Of a stretch of 47,794 nt of DNA, positions 44,143 to 47,794 are shown in pieces. The DNA is from Acetobacteraceae bacterium (lineage in GTDB: Bacteria > Pseudomonadota > Alphaproteobacteria > Acetobacterales > Acetobacteraceae). Within the stretch, counting starts at the first letter, position 1. The number at the start of each line of letters is the position of its first letter. The notes beneath the pieces are model-generated. The model worked only from the letters and a program-made list of their open reading frames with translations. It was not told the DNA's origin and did no database searches. The stretch spans positions 1 to 47,794 of the forward strand of contig DAIDIQ010000025.1 in assembly GCA_027459285.1 (NCBI GenBank), in the 5' to 3' direction. Made by a program: the position numbers and the translations under genes.

Positions 44143-44892
44143 ATGTCGGATAATCGCACCAGACGTTGCGCCATGGCCGTCATGGGCAAGGCACCTCGCC
44201 GCGGCCGCGCGAAAACGCGACTGGCCAGAACCGTGGGGGCGGACGCGGCGGCAGCTCTTGCCGCCGCCTTTCTTCATGACAGCACCGCCAATGTCTGCCT
44301 CGCCGGCCGTCGCGCGCCGATTGCAAGCTTCCTCGCCTACGCGCCCGCCGGCACCGAATCGCTGCTGGTGCCGCTGCTCGCGCCCGGCACGTCATTATTA
44401 CTGGCCGATGGCGAGGGCGTGGAGTCACCCGGCATCGACGGTCTGGGAAAATCCCTGCTTCAGACAATCGAATCTCTGCTCGACCGTGGCTATGCCGCCG
44501 CCTGCGTCCTGAACGCGGACGGGCCGACCCTGCCCACGCAATACCTGGTCCGGGCGGCCCAGCTTCTGGCGCAGCCCGGAGATCGCGCGGTGCTCGGCGC
44601 CACGCAGGATGGCGGTTATTACCTGCTCGGCATGAAGCGGCCCTATGCCGAGCTGTTTCGTGACATACCCTGGAGCACGGCGTCCGTGGCCGCGACAACC
44701 CGCGCACGCGCCGACGCGATCGGCCTCGAGACCTGCCTTCTGCCCGAATGGTTCGATATCGATGACGGGCCGTCGCTCGATTATCTGGTCGCCTCCCTGC
44801 GCGGGAATGATGACGGCGGTTTCGCGGCACCGGCCACCAGGGCGGAACTCGCCCGGCTCGGCCTGGTTTCCGCCGTGCCATGCGGGGCCTGA
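44143..44892 (+). CDS. DUF2064 / TIGR04282-family (CofC/MobA-like fold) putative glycosyl- or nucleotidyl-transferase
   Basis: 249 aa. The N-terminal signature is MAVMGKAPRRGRAKTRL. LNADGPTLP and GGYYLLG lie further downstream. The start could be ATG 44173 instead of 44143. Confidence 0.65.
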   Translation: MSDNRTRRCAMAVMGKAPRRGRAKTRLARTVGADAAAALAAAFLHDSTANVCLAGRRAPIASFLAYAPAGTESLLVPLLAPGTSLLLADGEGVESPGIDGLGKSLLQTIESLLDRGYAAACVLNADGPTLPTQYLVRAAQLLAQPGDRAVLGATQDGGYYLLGMKRPYAELFRDIPWSTASVAATTRARADAIGLETCLLPEWFDIDDGPSLDYLVASLRGNDDGGFAAPATRAELARLGLVSAVPCGA

Positions 44893-44930
44893 GAGCCATG
44901 CCGGCACAGACCGGCGGAACAAGCGGCTTG

Positions 44931-44964
44931 CCGGCGCCGGCCGGGCGCGCGCGGCCGGCGCCGG
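44931..44964 (+). terminator. Strong GC hairpin (13-bp perfect stem CCGGCGCCGGCCG/CGGCCGGCGCCGG, 8-nt loop) 39 nt after the DUF2064 stop
   Basis: Perfect inverted repeat read from the sequence, with no U-tract. Confidence 0.4.
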
Positions 44965-45124
44965 GGCCATTGACTGAGCCGCTCGCCGCCTCACATCTGA
45001 TGCGCTAGACGCTGCTTACCGGCCCAAAGCCGGACCAACAAAAAGCTGAAAGAACGGGCTCCCATATCCTCGCCGAGGCCTGGTTCCGGGGTTGATGGGC
45101 ACGACAGGCGCAGGGGAAGGCAGC

Positions 45125-46030
45125 ATGGAACTGAACGAAATCCGCTATTTCCTTGAGTTAAGCAAGGCGCGCAACTTCACCAAGGCCGCCGAGGCATGCC
45201 ATGTCAGCCAGCCGGCGCTGACGCGCGCGATCCAGAAAATGGAGAACGAACTCGGCGGCCTGCTGTTCTCGCGTGAACGCAACAACACGCATCTGACCGA
45301 GCTTGGCCGTCTGATCGAGCCGCATCTGAGCGAGATCGCGGCGCAATCCACCGAGGCGAAGCGGACCGCCATGCGGTTTCTGAAGCTGGAGCAGGCGAGC
45401 CTTTCGCTCGGCGTCATGTGCACGATCGCCCCCACACCTTTCGTGGGCTTCATGGCTCGGTTCAGGGCGAGGAATCCCGGCATCGATGTCAGTATCCTCG
45501 AAGACGTTCCGGACCGGCTGTGTGATTTGCTGATAAAAGGCGAACTGGATGTGGCGTTGATGGCGCGCCCGGATGGGTTTCCGCAGCCCCTCAGGGCGTC
45601 GGAGCTTTTCTCGGAACAGTTCGTCATCGCCTGTTCCGCCGGACACCGGTTTTCTGGCAGACATCACATCGAAATGGCGGAACTCGATGGCGAGACGTAT
45701 CTTTCGCGCATCAATTGCGAGTTCTATGATTACCTGACCGACCGATGCCGCGAGCAGGGGGTCACGCTTGTCGATTCCTACGAGAGCGAGCGGGAAGACT
45801 GGATTCTGACCATGGTCGCGGCCGGTCTCGGTATTTGCTTTCTACCGGAGTACACGGCGATTTTTCCTGGCGTCGTCGGGTGTCCGGTAATTTCACCCTC
45901 GGTCACGCGCAGCGTCTGCGTGGTAACCGTCGCCGGCCGTCGCGCCTCCCCCCCGGTCAAGGCGTTTCTCAACGCGGTGCAGCGCTATGCCTGGTCCACC
46001 GTCGCGGTCCCGGCCACCCCCAGCCGATAA
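45125..46030 (+). CDS. LysR-family transcriptional regulator
   Basis: 301 aa from ATG 45125, with GGGGAAGG upstream. The HTH region is MELNEIRYFLELSKARNFTKAAEACHVSQPALTRAIQKMENELGGLLF. Confidence 0.9.
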   Translation: MELNEIRYFLELSKARNFTKAAEACHVSQPALTRAIQKMENELGGLLFSRERNNTHLTELGRLIEPHLSEIAAQSTEAKRTAMRFLKLEQASLSLGVMCTIAPTPFVGFMARFRARNPGIDVSILEDVPDRLCDLLIKGELDVALMARPDGFPQPLRASELFSEQFVIACSAGHRFSGRHHIEMAELDGETYLSRINCEFYDYLTDRCREQGVTLVDSYESEREDWILTMVAAGLGICFLPEYTAIFPGVVGCPVISPSVTRSVCVVTVAGRRASPPVKAFLNAVQRYAWSTVAVPATPSR

Positions 46031-46166
46031 CGCCCAGGGTCACCACCGCGCGCCGCCACCCCCGCGCCCGGACCAGTCGGTCAGGGTGGGTGCGCGCCAC
46101 CAATACGATGCCGCGGCGGCCGGGCAGCCCGGACACATGGCAGGGTCCGACGATGCACGGTATGCC

Positions 46167-46187
46167 GGTATTTTATGAGGATAATAC
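46167..46187. promoter_or_regulatory. Dyad GGTATT-N9-AATACC in an AT-rich patch between the LysR gene and the repeat-protein gene (candidate LTTR box)
   Basis: Read from the sequence, about 80 nt upstream of ATG 46265. LTTR sites are typically AT-rich interrupted dyads containing T-N11-A. Confidence 0.25.
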
Positions 46188-46264
46188 CTTGCTCATCCAC
46201 GCGTGGATTTCTACCGATATTTCCAGCCAAGATCCCGTTTTTATCACCGTCTGGAATCCCGCCC

Positions 46265-47794
46265 ATGACCGATGCGCCGCAATCTTTTCACCACCAGGCG
46301 GAGGCGGAGGCGGCCGCGCCGGTCGGCACGGCGCCGGGTTCGGTGAGCGTGATTTCAAGCGATGTGACGCATCCGGTGGTGGCGGGGGCCGGAAATTATG
46401 CCAGCACGCTGACGATCACCGCGACGGGCGCGATTACACCGAGTGGCGTGTCGGTGGCGGCCCTGACGCTCGGCACCGGCGATGCGGTGTATGATGACGG
46501 CCGTGTGGTGGGGGGTACGGGGAGCAACAGCCAATATTCGGGCGGCACGGGCGGCCAGGGCGCCGCGGTTTCGGGCGGCACACTGACGAATGGCCGCTTG
46601 ATCGAAGGCGGCAGGGCGGGCGACGGCTACCTTTTTGGCGGCACAGGGGGCATGGGCGCCATCCTTTCCGGCGGTGTGCTGATGAATGACGGCACGATCG
46701 AAGGCGGCCAAGGGGGCTACAGCTACCTTTATGGCGGCACGGGTGGCACGGGCACTGACATATCCGGCGGTGGGCTGACGAATAACGGCCTGATCGAGGG
46801 CGGTATGGCCGGTTACGGCCTGCGGACCGCGGGGGGCGTGGGCGGCGCGGGCGCGGCCATATCCGGTGGTGTGTTGACGAATGACGGCAGAATTGAAGGA
46901 GCCTATGGCGGCACTGGCGATATTTATGGCGGCGCGGGCGGCACGGGCGCTGCCGTTTCCGGTGGCACGCTGATAAATAACGGCATAATCGAAGGTAACG
47001 CGGGGGGCTACGGCTACATCAATGCCGGCGCAGGCGGCGTCGGCGCTGTCATCTCCGGCGGCATGCTGACGAATATCGGCACGATTATCGGTGGCGCGGG
47101 AACCCACGCTGGGGGCGCCAAAGGTAAAGGTGGCGCGGGTGGTTCGGGTGCCTCCATTTCCCTTGGTGTGGTGACGAATGACGGCACCATCGAGGGTGGT
47201 GTGGGAGGCGTCGGCATCATTTATGGTGGTGCGGGTGGCGCGGGCGCGGCCATTTCCGGTGGCACGTTGATGAACCATGGCATGATCGAAGGCGGTGTCG
47301 GCGGCTATGGTTATGTTTATTTCAGCGGTGCGGGCGGCGCGGGCGCGGCCATTTCCGGTGGTGTACTCATCAATTCCGGTACGTTGCTCGGCGCGGCGGG
47401 GGGTGTCGGTCTCTACACCGTCGGCGCCAACGGCGTCGGCGCCTATGTTTCCAACGCCACCCTCATCGATCAGGGCGGCCTCATCGCTGGCAATCGCGGG
47501 GCGGACGCCATCCAGTTCGGCACACTCGCCGCAACCCTCGAACTCTATGCCGGCGCCCACTTCATGGGCGCGGTCGCCGCCAATGCTGCCGTCAACGATG
47601 TGCTCGACCTCGCCGGCCCCACCGCCGGCACCCTCTCCGGCCTCGGCACCGAATACCTGAATTTCTCCACCCTCGATGTCGCCGCCAACAGCAGCTGGAC
47701 CCTCGCCGGCACCACCGACTTCTCCGGCACGGTCATAGACGCCGGCACCCTCGCCATCGCCAACACCACAACCCTCACCGGCACCATCGAAGGC
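46265..47794 (+). CDS. Glycine-rich tandem-repeat protein, autotransporter-passenger/adhesin-like; 3' end runs off the window
   Basis: Not in the track because no stop lies in the window. Manual translation from ATG 46265 gives MTDAPQSFHHQAEAEAAAPVGT..., then about ten copies of a repeat. The repeat is GGxGGxGAAISGGxLxNxGxIEGGxGGxGxxY. The tail reads TLELYAGAHFMGAV...SWTLAGTTDFSGTVIDAGTLAIANTTTLTGTIEG, which resembles autotransporter-associated beta-strand repeats. The start is uncertain (in-frame ATG also at 46175). Confidence 0.7.
   Translation, partial: MTDAPQSFHHQAEAEAAAPVGTAPGSVSVISSDVTHPVVAGAGNYASTLTITATGAITPSGVSVAALTLGTGDAVYDDGRVVGGTGSNSQYSGGTGGQGAAVSGGTLTNGRLIEGGRAGDGYLFGGTGGMGAILSGGVLMNDGTIEGGQGGYSYLYGGTGGTGTDISGGGLTNNGLIEGGMAGYGLRTAGGVGGAGAAISGGVLTNDGRIEGAYGGTGDIYGGAGGTGAAVSGGTLINNGIIEGNAGGYGYINAGAGGVGAVISGGMLTNIGTIIGGAGTHAGGAKGKGGAGGSGASISLGVVTNDGTIEGGVGGVGIIYGGAGGAGAAISGGTLMNHGMIEGGVGGYGYVYFSGAGGAGAAISGGVLINSGTLLGAAGGVGLYTVGANGVGAYVSNATLIDQGGLIAGNRGADAIQFGTLAATLELYAGAHFMGAVAANAAVNDVLDLAGPTAGTLSGLGTEYLNFSTLDVAANSSWTLAGTTDFSGTVIDAGTLAIANTTTLTGTIEG
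46541..47518 (+). repeat. About ten diverged tandem copies of a 96-102 nt (32-34 aa) coding repeat
   Basis: Repeat units were delineated by hand from the translation (GGTGGQGAAVSGGTLTNGRLIEGGRAGDGYLF, GGTGGMGAILSGGVLMNDGTIEGGQGGYSYLY, and so on). Confidence 0.8.

Noticed and set aside
46175-46264. In-frame upstream ATG (MRIIPCSSTRGFLPIFPAKIPFLSPSGIPP) that could lengthen the repeat protein and supply a signal peptide
   Set aside because: This segment is the AT-rich promoter-like patch containing the dyad. The peptide is not a convincing Sec signal, lacking a clear n-h-c organisation. It is left as an alternative start to be tested.
46355-47560. 401-aa minus-strand ORF
   Set aside because: It is antisense to the glycine-rich repeat gene. 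GGC/GGT-rich repeats read as Ala/Thr/Pro-rich on the opposite strand. The plus-strand frame is open to the window edge and shows a regular 32-aa repeat with conserved hydrophobic positions.

Overview
Visibly high-GC chromosomal window with alphaproteobacterial gene content. An Acetobacteraceae-like origin is inference only. No rRNA, tRNA, CRISPR array, transposase or integrase was recognised.

Gene content, left to right:
1. A partial acyltransferase_3 gene and an FkbO/Hyg5/XanB2-type chorismatase (1-2479, minus).
2. A VapB(RHH)/VapC(PIN) toxin-antitoxin pair (2704-3310).
3. The classical pbpC plus alpha-2-macroglobulin pair (3370-10550, minus). The thioester CLEQ motif is intact.
4. A complete Tad/Cpa Flp-pilus locus (11296-23499):
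 - flp is followed by two GC hairpins.
 - The pseudopilin genes tadE, tadE/F-like and tadG lie on the opposite strand.
 - A degenerate heptamer array sits in the divergent promoter region.
 - A translationally coupled block follows: cpaA-B-C-D-E-F-tadB-C-D. It ends in an ICMT-family membrane methyltransferase.
5. An eight-gene co-directional pentose-phosphate operon on the minus strand (23774-33759): gnd-tal-pgi-DUF2090(aldolase-like)-tkt-zwf-HAD-pgl.
6. A radical SAM/SPASM enzyme, a small membrane-anchored hypothetical protein, and an overlapping GDE-type amylo-1,6-glucosidase plus GH63 glucosidase pair (34124-40617).
7. A DoxX-like membrane module fused in frame to a type II NADH dehydrogenase, followed by a DUF4239 membrane protein (40674-43589, minus).
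8. An orphan DUF2064/TIGR04282 gene, a LysR regulator, and the 5' part of a glycine-rich protein with about ten tandem 32-aa repeats. This last gene looks like an autotransporter passenger and runs off the right edge.

Many of the longest ORFs in the supplied track are antisense or out-of-frame shadows typical of high-GC DNA and were rejected.

The candidates I consider most worth follow-up are:
- the rSAM/SPASM-glycosidase neighbourhood;
- the ICMT methyltransferase welded onto the tad operon;
- the heptamer array between the tad promoters;
- the DoxX-NDH-2 fusion;
- the signal-peptide-less glycine-repeat protein.

All family assignments come from motif recognition by eye. No database search was possible.
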